From assembly GCF_001949145.1 (NCBI RefSeq), contig NW_019091356.1, positions 3,132,713 to 3,196,712 on the forward strand: a stretch of DNA of 64,000 bases. Direction: 5' to 3'. The notes under the pieces are model-generated. The model was given only the letters and a program-made list of their open reading frames with translations, did not search any database and was not told the DNA's origin. The translations under genes and the position numbers were made by a program. Source of the DNA: Acanthaster planci. Lineage: Eukaryota. The stretch's first letter is position 1. Each line of letters starts with the position of its first letter. Shown one piece after another: positions 37,701 through 50,105 of the stretch.

Positions 37701-40700
37701 GCTAAGTTTAATACATGTTGATCACTGTAATACTGAATGAGAATTTGGAAACACTTGCCGCTTTAGCTGGTCAAAATTTCCGCTGGCCAAAGACCAGAGT
37801 TGTAATCGAGAGCGTTGCAAGGACTTCCTTTCAGGAGACCAGTCGCACACCACTAAACTACAACTCTGCCAAAGATAGTAGCTCCCCATTTCCACATCTA
37901 GGAGAGCAGTGGCAACATTCTCCGGTCATTTCGTCCTCACAGAGTGCCAAGCTCCGATTGCTACCCCCCATCCTGACCGTCTCCCTCCTGCGGTTCAGCT
38001 TCAACTACCAGAAGTGTGAGCGCTACAAAGAGATCGGAAAGTACATCTTCCCGGAGGAAATGGACATGTCCCCCTACACGGAAAAGGTGAGGGAATTGAC
38101 CCTTTTGAAAATCCTGTCAATGGTTCGTCGCACTGCTCTCTGAACCATGAGCCTCACTCTGTCTCTTGTGCTTTATACAGACGGAAGCGAGCGACGATGC
38201 CGTGTACGAGCTGTTTTCGGTGCTGATACACAGCGGTAGTACACACGGAGGGCACTACCACGCTTACATCAAGGACATCGACGGACTTGGCACCTGGACA
38301 ACTCCGGTATGCGGGTTTCCTTTCTGACTCTAATGAAGAGCGCTGACCTGCAGATCTTGGTGCTAATCTGATGTAGATCCAATTATGATTCCTGCGAGAG
38401 AGTCCTGTTCTGGAGTTTGGTCATTCTTCCAGGTCCAAGTCTCATTCTGGCTCGGAGTCATGTTTGGTTTCCACTTTGGATTCTTGTTCTTGTTTGTAGA
38501 TTTACTGGAATATTTAAACAGGATACTTATACAGAGTTCAGTTTAGTTCACGGGTTAGTCTCATCTGTTTTTCCCCCCTGATTGAAATTGCTACCTTTTT
38601 TCTTCTCTTAACGGCCCCCTTTTCTCCACACCCCTCCCAGGAGAAAGAGATAATCCGGCTTCCGAGCAAGCCCTTGCCGACGCCGGAGGCCAAAGTGGAC
38701 CTGATCGAGCTGAGCTCTCCCCAAGAGCTGCTGGCCGCCCTGCTAAGGAAACGCGGCGGCTCAGGCTGCAAGATGCCAATCGATAAGCTCTGCCAGGTGA
38801 AGAACTCAGTCTCAAACTCCATTCTCGAATGACCCTAACCGAGTTTATTTCGCCTTTCCCATTGCCACTGTCATATCCCTCAGAAAGGTCATGCACTCGT
38901 GTTTTTCATTTCTCATCTTTGCAGGCCCTCAGTGAAGAGACTGGTGTGTCGTGGAATAAGAGGTTTAAGAGAAGGTTTGGTTCTGTGACCAAGGTGAGTT
39001 GATGCACCTCCAGACTGTGCACTTTTTGGGAATCCCTCTTCGTTTGGCCTGGACCTGTTATTTGTGCATTTGATATAAAAAGAAAGGGCTTAATTAATTT
39101 GCATTTGTTTTCTGTGAAGAAATTGCTCACCACACTATTTAAAAAAATGAACAATATAACAGCAAAAGAAAAAAGCAGAAAGGCACATCTGAGCTATCTC
39201 TGTGATTGTTTTTAAGATCTGATTTTTCTCAATTCACATGTGACAGTGCAGAGCACAAGAGCTCAGTTTTGAAAGACTAAGATTTCTTGTGACGATGAAG
39301 GTGCATGCTGGGGTGTTTACCTGAAGATAAATGCAGCCCTGAAGTTTAGCTTGGGGTTGTTTTCAGGACTGTTTCACTACCATTTTTGAAGCATTCACCT
39401 GTGTTTGTATAAATAATAACGAAGCCAATGATTTTACTTTAGTGCAGTTGTTAAAAAGTAAAAGTATTTACTTTTTACTCTTTAAGCTTGTGCTTGACAA
39501 TAAGCTGTTGCTTCATTTTTTATGAATAAAATGAGTAAGTTCTACGAAATTGGAGTATTTACTTGACATTTTTCAAGACTGGGTCAGGGCAAGCTTGAAA
39601 ACGAGGAGCATTTACTAAAGTTCAAAATGGCAGCGTTCATGAATGTCATTCGAAAGGAAAAGCTGTATGCCTTTAGGAGGGAATCTCAAGAAACCAGATG
39701 CAGGCAGCCGTACCGATTTGAGAGTGGCAGAGCAAATTTCTTCATCAAGGTGTTTGCGATCCAAATTACTGCCATCGTGCTTATCTGCCATGCTGAGGTC
39801 TCAAGATACGGCACCGTGCTGCTCTGTGCGTGTCTGTACATGCAGACAATGGAAGCCCTATTGTGCAAAACTGTTCGGCTGTGAAGTCAGCCACAAGCAT
39901 AAAAGCATTTGATAATATTTATACTAATAGATGCCAAATAGTAAAAGAAACATTTTATTCCTACAAATTCAAGCAATTGCTTATTCTTAATGGTTTGACT
40001 TATCAGTAAATGCGTTTGGTGTTTGCTTGGACTTCACAGCATTTGCTAGTTTTTATTCATACGACCCGTTAACATGTGCTGGCTGGTTCTTTTTTTTGTT
40101 TCAGTTTGTGAAATCCTGTGAGGAGTTATTCAGCTTTGACGCCCGCACAAACTCGGTGTGTCTCAAGCCATCCCTGCAGAATCTTCCCGTTGCTGCGGCA
40201 GTCAGTCAGCTTAGCCTCTCCGACCGGACAATATCCAAAAGTGACCCTTGTCTCACTTCCTCCAAACAAAGCAACGTCTGTGAGACGGTTGCCCACTGGC
40301 CACACCTCCCGGCAAGCGAGTCTCTGCCCCCCTACGGGAGGAGAGACGATGACGGATGCACATCCGTAAGTGGGGGCGCAGGCGGTGATGAACCAGCTTG
40401 CGGAGCTGTGGACGGAAGCGGTGATGCGCCGCCCTCTGCTGCCCCGAGCAAGGGAAGCCAAGTCCGAGGAAGAACCGAACAAACTCCCAAAAATGCCACC
40501 CCCAAAAATTCTCCAAGAATGATTCAAGATTCGGAACCCGAAAAAGAGAAGGGCACAAAGCAAGATAAACCCAACCAGGTCGCCGAACTCAGGACAGCTG
40601 AGAGTCAGAAAAGTACCAGTGGTCCATGCAGAGACTGCAGAAGCAGAAACTCTGAAGAGGGACTCGTCCAAGACAAATTGGCAGAACCACCGTCAAATTC

Positions 40701-43700
40701 CCCCTGCTTCTGTCAGGCCAACCAGCGTGCAGCCCCAGACAGAGCTCGCTGGTTCGACTTCAACGATTCCAGGGTCTTCTCCATCGACGACAAATCGGAG
40801 CTTCCGAGACAATTCTCCGGCCGGGAAAGCGCCTACATGCTGTTGTACAGACGCAAATCCATGACCAGACGCAAAAAAGGTAAAAGCTGCCTATTTCCAG
40901 TTTTAGACGTGAAAGCCCCTCCCGGCCTTAGGAATTATCAAAAACGAAACCCACCAATTCATTGTCGGAAGACTACAACAGAACATTTGGCAAAGTTTTC
41001 ATTCATTTGTCTAATGTTGCTGTCATTTTTTGTGGTTACTTTTCCACGATTAGACAAAGCGGATCCTCATCATGGCATGCCGGAGTGGTTGGTGAAGGAG
41101 GTCATGGAGGCTAACCAACGGCTGGCTCAACAGAGGTGTGTGCGTTCTTTTGTTTCTGCTTCATTGGTGTGGCCGTGTTCATTTATTCACCTCCTATGCA
41201 TAATGCTCTCTTTGCAAAGCACAGTATAAATTTGTCACTGCTGTCATATCTGTGGCAGTCTATCGAAGAAGGTTGCAAACCCCAGCCAGAGCAGCACGGT
41301 GTGTTCCTGAGTAAAGGTATTTTACTGCAATCGGTCCTCTGCTCCCAGGACACGGTGCTGGGTGGATGACTCAACCAGACAGTCACCAGTGATGGGTTTT
41401 ACACAAGACTGCATATTAGTTGAATTCTTTTCCACATTCCCAAGTGCATCATGTCACAAGGTTACATAATACCCTCGTCCATGTCCGTAACCATAAGCCC
41501 AGGCGAAAATAAGCTCTGGCGAAAATGTACGCAACTGCTGCTGTTGTGTGTTGTAAGAAGGTGTCACCTTGTGTCTCGTTGTGCTTAGGGAAGAATATGA
41601 CAGGGTCACCAACTCTATAGAGCTGGCGTTGCTGCAGAGCAATCACTACGAATACAGGGCCAGTGCTCTGCACAGGAAGCTGAGCATCGACGGGGAGCCG
41701 GTTACCCTCACACTGGACAGGAGACGATCAGTGGCTGACCTCAAGATGGAAACCATCCAGGTAAGGTAGGCCTGGAGTTGGTTTTAAAGTGGGGAGGAGT
41801 TCAACTCGGTGGGAGAGGCTTTTGAGGAGGTTACGCCCCCTCCACGAAACATGTGTAGTCTTACTTCCTTGGAACCGAAAACTTCTAAGGCTTTGTGCAA
41901 CTGGGGTACTTTGCGGCTGTGGCTTTGTTATTGCCATTTGCTTGCCGTAGTAGACAGCTTGCTGTAGACAGTAATGGCTGGAGAAAGGCTAGGACTTGAA
42001 GGATGGCTGAACAACAGTAACATTTTATTATAAAAGAAAGGAAATTTTGTGAAATTTCATAACTTTCACACACTTTTTTTAAGTAAGGTTCTTGAAGACT
42101 ACAGAGCACATCGATCGGGCTGTCGAGTTTCAACTCACTGGTTCTTTTCAGAACCACACGTCTGCCCAAAAGAGCTGGTCACACGGTGCTATCGCAAGCC
42201 TTGACCAGTCAAGCGGTGTTTATTTTGGAATTGTTGCAAGATTGTGGAGTTTTCTGGTTCACAGATCTCATTTCACCTGGCTTGTTTGCAGGTTCTTGGA
42301 GAGACCGCACTGAACGGCATGTCAGTCAACAGCCTGCACCTTCACACCGCTCAGGAGCTGCCGGCCGGTCTGCACCTCTACGACTGCATATCGGGTGAGT
42401 CGTCGTTCATAAAGGTCACTGGCTTTAGTTTATTAGTGAGGAAGGTCAAGCTGTGAAACCAAAAAATCAAAAGTTAGTGAAGGCTTCCCTGACAGGTTCT
42501 GTAAGAACGGGCCAATTGCTAAAAAGTTCTGTAAGAACAGGCAAAAGTTAGATGTGTTATTTTCATTAAGCAACAGAAAAACAGCCAGCTACCTTCAGTT
42601 TAATGTCACTGTTTTACTTTTAGGGGGAGGATTATTGCAACTTTCTGTGAAAAAAAGTCTTTTTGCTTTTCTTTCATCCAAATTTAATTGAACTTGTTCG
42701 CAGTTTTCAATTGAATTACTTGGATTTGTCCATCCAGATGACAATTCGGCCATCCTGCAAGATCTGGGACTCACCAGCGGCACTGCCCTCTTCCTGTGGG
42801 ATGGCCACAAGGTGGACGGCATGCCCCTCAAGACGGGCCCTGCCTGCGCACCGGTCCTGGTCCACCTGACCTACGCCCGGACCCGGGACAACCGGGAGAC
42901 GGCGGAGACCTCCAGGGGCCTGGCCCGGGATCTGACGGTGGGGGAACTGCGGGCGCTGCTGAGCACGCAGACCGAGATCCCCCTGGGCCTGCTGCGGCTC
43001 AGCCGGGTGCTGTCGGAGGCGGCCGCGGCATCAGTCATCAGACAGGAGGAGGACGGAAAGACTGTGGAGGAGATGGGGCTGACGGACGGGGATCGGATCA
43101 TTGCCGAGTTCAAGAGGAGAGGGTGAGAGTCTCCATCTCCTTGAGTGGATCACACCCCTGGAAAGGACCATAACCCTGCCTCAACCCGTAACCTTAGCCT
43201 CTGTGGGATCTTTCCTCGAACCTAGCTGTAAACGAACCTCATTTCTTACCCTAATCCTCAAACCCCAACTGTAAACCCAACCTTCTCACTGGCTGAGTAG
43301 GAGAAATTTGTTCCATCATTAACCCTGGCCTGACCCTAACTTTTACCCTGCTCCTAACCCTATATAATCCAACCACAATCCCAACCTTATCCCTAACCCT
43401 TGCAGGTGGTTGAAGAGTTCTGTAATCAATCCTAGCCCTAAAATCAACCTCAACCCAACACGGGTTTTCTACCTAAAGGACCGAGTGAGAAGATGTAACG
43501 TTGGAAGCATAGAAGATGGACACAATTGAAGTTACAAAATCAATTCACAGAGTTGATGCTGCTTATGAATATGCATGAAATCTACCTATGCCTGGCACCA
43601 CCTCAGCTCATTTCCATGCTACAGTCACAAAGATGCAAAAGATAAGATGGGTGTCTTCTTTTGGTTCTCTTTGACAGGAAAGCGTCATCCCTGGCCGAAA

Positions 43701-46700
43701 ACGAAGCTTTACGTCAGAGCCGACTGGTGTGTCTGACTGTGGAGAACCGCTGCCTCTCCGTGCCCCAAGGAACAGACTGGCCGTCGATACCCGTTGAAGT
43801 CGACAAGGACGTGGTGAATACTGAAAAATGTTTTCTCTGTTTCTCTACCTTTTTCTGCTCTTCCGTTTGCGCCCTCGGAAAAAAAAACTACTTCTGTTGT
43901 TCCATCTACAGACGGTAGCCGAGCTGAAGGGTGTCGTCATCTCTCAGCTGAAGCAGTCCGAGGCTCACATGCTTGAAGTACAGTGTCGCCTCAGGGTGAA
44001 TGCATATGGCGATGTCCTTCAGCCGCCATGTAAGCTGTAAATTATTTCACTCAACTCCCGTAAACGTGCACGTTTATTTTAAGTAAACTGTCCAGAGCCG
44101 ATTGTTGCCTTTTTTCCATTGTCAATTTTGATGGCTGGAATTGCTCTGCGTGCGTTTGCAGTGCAGGAGAATTGCAAGATTGCGGACGCGGGGATCAAGG
44201 CTGGAGCAGAGGTCATCCTTGAGCCGGGAGAGCCTCCCAGAGAGAAAGAGGTAGGATCAGGATCATCCCAGCTGAGTCTCCAGCCTCGTCTGAATCGATT
44301 GGCTGGGGCTAGCTGTTACATATGTCTATGGGAAGTAGCCGCGGCTGCAAGGCCAGAGGCTTCCATAGCCACATGTGTTATTGCGAGCCGTAGCCAGGGT
44401 ATATAAATGCAGACATACTTTCTTAGCTACAGAGTACTAAAGCGAAAATATTCCACTCGCACATTTATGAGTACAAAATGCATTAGCGCGAGAACCAGCG
44501 CGTGAACCAACACACACGCGTACTCCATTTGTTGGCACCACACTCCCTGGTTCAGTTGACGCCACACTTCGGCACTGGAAAGAGTCAGAAATCACGTCAG
44601 CACAGCTTCTCTCTGTGAAGAAATCTAGTAGAGGGTTATCTCGGTGTAAACATTTTCACATGTACCCACCGCTCTGACTAAATGCACATTTAATAACCTA
44701 GTCAATCAGAAGCCAGGAAAGAAAGAACGTTCACTACAAGCACCCAGTGACAATTTAGGGACTGAGAAGCTGTTACATTTCGCCACGCACAAAGCTAGGC
44801 TACCAGTCTCACTCTGATGGTTTGTGGTGCCACACTCACGATACCAGACTAGAGATTTCTAGAGACAGAGAGCCAATTTCTAAACACCGTTGAAGGAAGG
44901 CCTTTATTCGTGCAGGAAATTTGGCTAGGTCGTGACACTGTTGAGGTTTCAAAATTTACCCATTACAATTGTGATTACAGATCACCGTAAGCTTTGCGGT
45001 TTGCTGTGAAGGGGGCCAACTCAACCACCAAGAAGTGACTGTTGACAAGAATTCCACGGTGCAAGAGGTAGGAGGTGATGTCCACTTTAACGTAGAAACT
45101 GAACTTGAATTTTAAAAGGTTTTTTTAACCGAATTAGTTCTGCCTTTATCGTATTTGTAACTGTCACCTCCAAAACACAGCTTAAATGAGAATGTTTCCT
45201 TGTTTAGAGTTCAGATTGACTGACTCAACTTGGAGTTTGAATTTCTAGATTGAAATTGAACGTTTTGTTACGCTTGTTCATGTTCAGACTTTGGAGGTGA
45301 TGGTGGGTTTAGCTGGTGTGGCAGGGGACCAGTGGCACCTCAGGAAAGCCAACTGGTGCGGCGAGGCGGCAGAGTTTCTGCAGGACCCAGTAAGTCAGCG
45401 CATCTTTGTTGGATGTGAACCCAGGACTGTTAGAATACAATCCTGGTGCTTGACCAATGGAATTGTCTTTGTTGCTCAGAATTTTTGGATGTGGACCCTG
45501 GCTGCACACCACAAACAAATGAAAAAGATGACTCTCACTTGGCTGAAAATTGACAAAGTCGGAGATTGTTAATGTAGGGAGGAAAAACTCTGTTCAAAGA
45601 GTATCAGGATGGCTCAGATCCTATCATGGAAAGTTGCTCATTATAAATTAATTTTGTGCGTATGTAAATTATTTAACCCCGTCGCTCCGGGAGACGGCAA
45701 GAGCCGCGGCTTTGTGTGAGGATTAGTGCATACCACACATACAGTCTATTCACCATGCAGCTGCTGGTTCAATGGGGCCTGCTGATGGACAAAACCCTCC
45801 ATTCAGGGCATACCACAGCCCAGCAGTCACGGTCAAAAGAATCCCGGCGCGAAGGGGTTAATATCATGTGCATGCATGACGGCGCCACCCTTTGGCTCTC
45901 TCAACGGACAAGTCCTCGGCCCAAGTCTGTTGTCTATCCTTTCTCTCTGCACTACCCGTTGGTGGCGCTGTTCCATGCATAAAAAGGCCTCATTTTCAGT
46001 GCATTTGTGTGAATGAGCACTGTGAGAGTCCATGGCAACCAGAGGAGAGATTTCTGTGCACGTGCGAGACCCCACCCCCCCTCCCTTCCTCCCAGAGACC
46101 CTGAGCTTATTTTCAGCTCACCAGGGCATGTGGGAATGCGCACAAGCAATTTAGAGTCTGTCATTTTGGCAGGATGTGACGCTGGACCAAGAGGGCATCG
46201 CCAACGGTGGTTTCTTGCTCTTGGAGGAAGGCCGGCTACCCCCAAAGGGTTTCGTCCGCCTGCCCATTTGGCTGTACCCGTCCCCTGACAGGGGAGAGGC
46301 CACTCCCCCCAGTCCCCAGGCAGAGATGCTGCAGTGGATTAACAATCACATCATGAGTGAGTGCTTTAAGAGAAAAAGCGAACGGAGCATTGATAGCAAT
46401 TTTTTCATCACAGACATTTTGGGCATTAAGTACAAACTTGAAGAGTGGTCTTTTGGTTCTTTCCTGTAGTGAGACCACGTTTTTGAAATCTCAGAATAAT
46501 ATGCTCAGTTGACCGAAGCTCAAAAGCCTGAATAAATCCTAAAGAGAGAAAAGGCAGTGAAGGGATGTTCAGTTTTGGAGGTCGAACAAAAATCGCAAGA
46601 ATGACATTCTCGGGAAAATCCCTTGGAATCAGATGTAATAAGAACCAGGGTCAGAGAACTTGAGGAAATCACGTCTTTGCTGTCAGTAAACCCATTTGTC

Positions 46701-49700
46701 GTAAAATGCAAGTGACCTTGAGGTGTAACTCTCACTTTAAACTTACTCCGTAGTATGTATCTTTTTGAAGTACGCTGGGGTATTTGATATCTTTATACTG
46801 AATTTGTGGAACATTCACCTTGGTCCAGTTGTGATCTCCAGCAAGTCGTCAAATCAAGGGGAGAGCTCTGCCCTCGGCCCCGATCAATCTCGGCATGCTG
46901 CGCTGGGCAATGTGGAGCTATCCCAGGATGCCACAGCTGACTGACCTCAAGAGCCAGATCCAGACGCTGCCAGCCATGTCAGAGGTGGCCCTACCCAGCC
47001 CCGAGTTCATCCGGCTCCGACTGGTGGAGGGCGGCACTCTGGGTAGGGTGCTGCGAGACGACAGGCAGACACTGAGGTGAGGCGGTGTCTGAAAACGAGG
47101 GGGGTGTTGACATCATCGCCACTGGGGGGGACGCTGTTAATGGTACAGATGTACAAAGTACAAAGAGTGTGTCAGTTTCCTGTGCAAGGATTTGGGAGGA
47201 TTGAGGAATGCTCGTAATTTAACATGCCCATAGAATTAGATTTGAATGGTGAAAGTGATATTCAGATGCCATTTTCTTATGCATGCTGTATGCAGTGGAG
47301 TCTCGTAATACGGGCGATACACAATAGTGCGCCTCCAAGAGTTGGCAACGCGTTGGCCAATCACAGTGCATGATATCTGTCGACCCTTTCCAAACGCGCA
47401 TTGGGCCGACAGAGTCCGCGCACTGTGATTGGCCAAGCGCCCATATTGTGCAACAGCACATATACAACGGGGAGGCGAACTGTCCATAAATGTCCTGCTC
47501 GTGCAAGCGAAACCGTTTTCATCGTTTTTTCTATTCATTCTGCTTTTCCTTGTTCCGTGCAGGAGGTCAAAGGTCACCAGCGCATCTCACATTGCCGTTC
47601 AGATTTTACAGGAGGAAGAGAAGCTTAGGTACTGCAGATTGGCACTTGGATTGTAGACTCAGCGGCTGGTTCGCATTTTGAACCTCGCGACTTTGAGAAG
47701 CTGAAGTAATTCTGTTTCGGTGTTTAGCCTTCTCATTGAAGGGTTATTCCACTTAAGCCTACTTTGCGGACAGTTCAATTGATTTGGTGGGTCTTGCTAA
47801 ACTCACAACCCAAATCGACGACAGTAGGTATAGTCCACTGTTCACCAAGCAACGGTTCAAGACAGTTGCTGGGCAATGCTGGGAATACCCAGGTCTCAAG
47901 AGTCCCATTCCAGAAATGTTAGGGAATTTGGAGTGGAAGGAAGTTTGTCCAAATGATTATAGTTGCCCGTTACAGAGTGGCTGATGAAAGATTTCTTTAA
48001 GGGCCAAACAAGTTTCTGCCTCATCTACAGGATACTTCCCTGCATACGATGGTTCTTGGTTTTGAAGTTTTCTTCGTTTTGTTTGATTTTTTAGCTCAAG
48101 TGCAATAGTCTTAAATATATGCCAAAGGATTCCAGAGACTCGTACCTATGGTGGTAAGGAGGAACTGATTTGGGACACTGCCAAGTCGGCCACCCCGCAG
48201 AGCCTTCGACAGGTCATAGCGGACCGACTGCTGCTGCCGGCTGAACAGATCGCAATTGCCAAGCATCTAAGCCAGAAGTATGAGTGGCTGGTGATACAGG
48301 ACCAGGCGGTGGTGAGTTGGACAAGTCAGAGACCTCTAATCTTCTTCAACGGAAGCCAGTCTGCCGAGCACTAGAGAGTTGTGCTCAGCAACTGGAGGTT
48401 ACCGGCCAACCTGTCTTGCGATGTGTACTGCTCACAGCTGGTTCCCGGCCCATTGGTCCCTGGCAAAGTACTGTCAAAAACTTTTTACCCATCTCTTAAT
48501 ACTGAGCCATTTGCAAGTGGCTACCATAATAAATTGGAACTGAACCAGGAACCTTGACTTCTTGAACTTTGAATTCACCTGTCTTAAGGCACTATGGCTT
48601 AATCTCTTAATTTTGAGAATTCCTTTCTGTTATAGTAATTGTCTGAGGTTTTGTTGTTCAGAGGTCTGGGAAGTTTAAGTCTCGTCGAAGTTGTTTATTT
48701 CTTTACGTCTGGAAAGCCATCGAGTATTTGCACCTTTGTCAATATCCCAGAAATTCATAAAATTGTTGATAATTTTCAGTGACCACGTGACATAACTTGA
48801 TTGGAATGAATGTTGTATTCTTGAATAAGTTATTTGTTGTTTATTTCTTAGGAGACCAAAACTGGTAAGGGCAGAGGCAAAAGGAAAGGAGGGGGCGGGG
48901 TCAAGCCCAGTGTCAGCCTGAAGCAACCCCCCTACAGCCTGAAAGATGGGGACACCATAGGCGTCAAGGTGGGTCAATCAAAGCTCATTGCATTGGTGTC
49001 ACCAGGACTTTTTCCCGGGAAAGGGGGGGGGGGAACCAGTCATCGGCATCAAACTGATAAACTACGAACAGTGGAAGGAGTCAGTTTGAAGGTATTTGCA
49101 AGCAAACTGGCGATTTGTATCCATTTTCGTCCCTTTTTTTGTCGGTCTCACTTTTTTTGAGGGGGGGGGAGTGCCCTTTCTCCCGCCGGCGACACCCCAT
49201 GACACCTTGTATTCACAACTGCACGCCATAGTGGTGGAGTATGCTTTAGCAGCCACTGCCTCAGACCATTCAGTGCAACTCTTCACGATTGTTTCCCTCA
49301 CTGTACGTCCCGTAGGACCTGAGGTTTCATCCCCTGGACCAGGATGACTTCGCCACCGAGGAGGACCTGGCCGGGAAGAAGAGACTGGAGCAGGAAGCCG
49401 AAGACAAGAGGAAAAGGTATGAACGCGAGGGTTGGACCCAGCAGCGGGATTTGGGGGAGGGGAGGGGAATTTCTGAGGGGGGGGCACCCGTGAGGGCACT
49501 GAAAGCATTTGAAGTGTGGCTTGTACATAGGCTGTGTATATTTCAAATGGGGATACCTGAGGGAGGGGAGGGGTCAGAGACTTTCACGGGGGGCGGGGGA
49601 GACATGCCTACCGGTAGCACCATTGGTTGGTCAGTTCTTGATCGAAGGCCACAGACAACTGAAGTGAATACATCACATGCACAATTATGTGTGTGAAAGG

Positions 49701-50105
49701 CATTTGTGCGAGAACCAGCGCATGGTGAACCAACATGCGTGCGTACCTTATTCCTTTGCGCTACACTTCTTGGTTTAATATGACGTCGCGCTTTGGTACT
49801 ATTTTGAACAGCAACTCGGACATCATTGTGGACAATCTTGATATTTATTAGCCGGCGATGTCGTTGCTGATTAATTTGCCATTTTTTCCCCATCAAGTGT
49901 TTTTTATTGATGTTACTGACACTGTCGAATCGGTCTTCACTCCTTCAAGATGATGGCACCTTAACCTTTTGTTTTTGGTGGTGTTTTTCGGTCACTTGAC
50001 AGACGACAAGAACTGAAGGAGAATAACGCAGCCTGGACCTTTGACGGTCGCCGACCCAAGAAACCGGAAGTGGGGCTAACCATCCGTGTAGCAGATTTCA
50101 GATGA
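34800..50105 (+). CDS. USP40: Ubiquitin carboxyl-terminal hydrolase 40 (apparent 1-nt frameshift at ~46936)
   Basis: 27 exons: 34800-35013, 35584-35651, 35793-35906, 36302-36427, 36872-36910, 37310-37456, 37943-38086, 38181-38306, 38641-38796, 38925-38993, 40105-40879, 41054-41135, 41589-41760, 42292-42394, 42738-43122, 43678-43813, 43912-44029, 44162-44250, 44981-45067, 45288-45389, 46173-46356, 46829-47076, 47563-47628, 48095-48311, 48852-48968, 49316-49416, 50003-50105. N-terminus MFGDLFEE, Cys box GATCYMNALLQ, His box HSG..GGHYHAYIKD, WFDFNDS, LKDGDTIGVK, C-terminus GLTIRVADFR. Confidence 0.93.
36517..36649. mobile_element. Short MITE family D, copy 2
   Basis: gactgtgtccaagttctttggcta ... 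agccaagtaattcagacatggcc. Confidence 0.6.
43170..43460. repeat. Degenerate (CCCTAA)n-like simple repeat
   Basis: Many variants of taaccc/ccctaa (cttaccctaatcc, gaccctaac, cctaacccta, ccctaaccct) in USP40 intron 15. Confidence 0.55.
45677..45857 (+). mobile_element. Non-autonomous piggyBac-like element, copy 2
   Basis: TTAA-ccccgtcgc ... gcgaagggg-TTAA; internally shorter relative of 26893-27243. Confidence 0.75.
47307..47447. mobile_element. Palindromic MITE family A, copy 3
   Basis: cacaatagtgcgcctccaagagttggcaacgcgttggccaatcacagtgc shared with copy 1; the right arm is partly deleted. Confidence 0.8.

Noticed and set aside
40027..41229. 400-aa ORF as an independent gene
   Set aside because: It is USP40 exons 11-12 read through an intron without stops.
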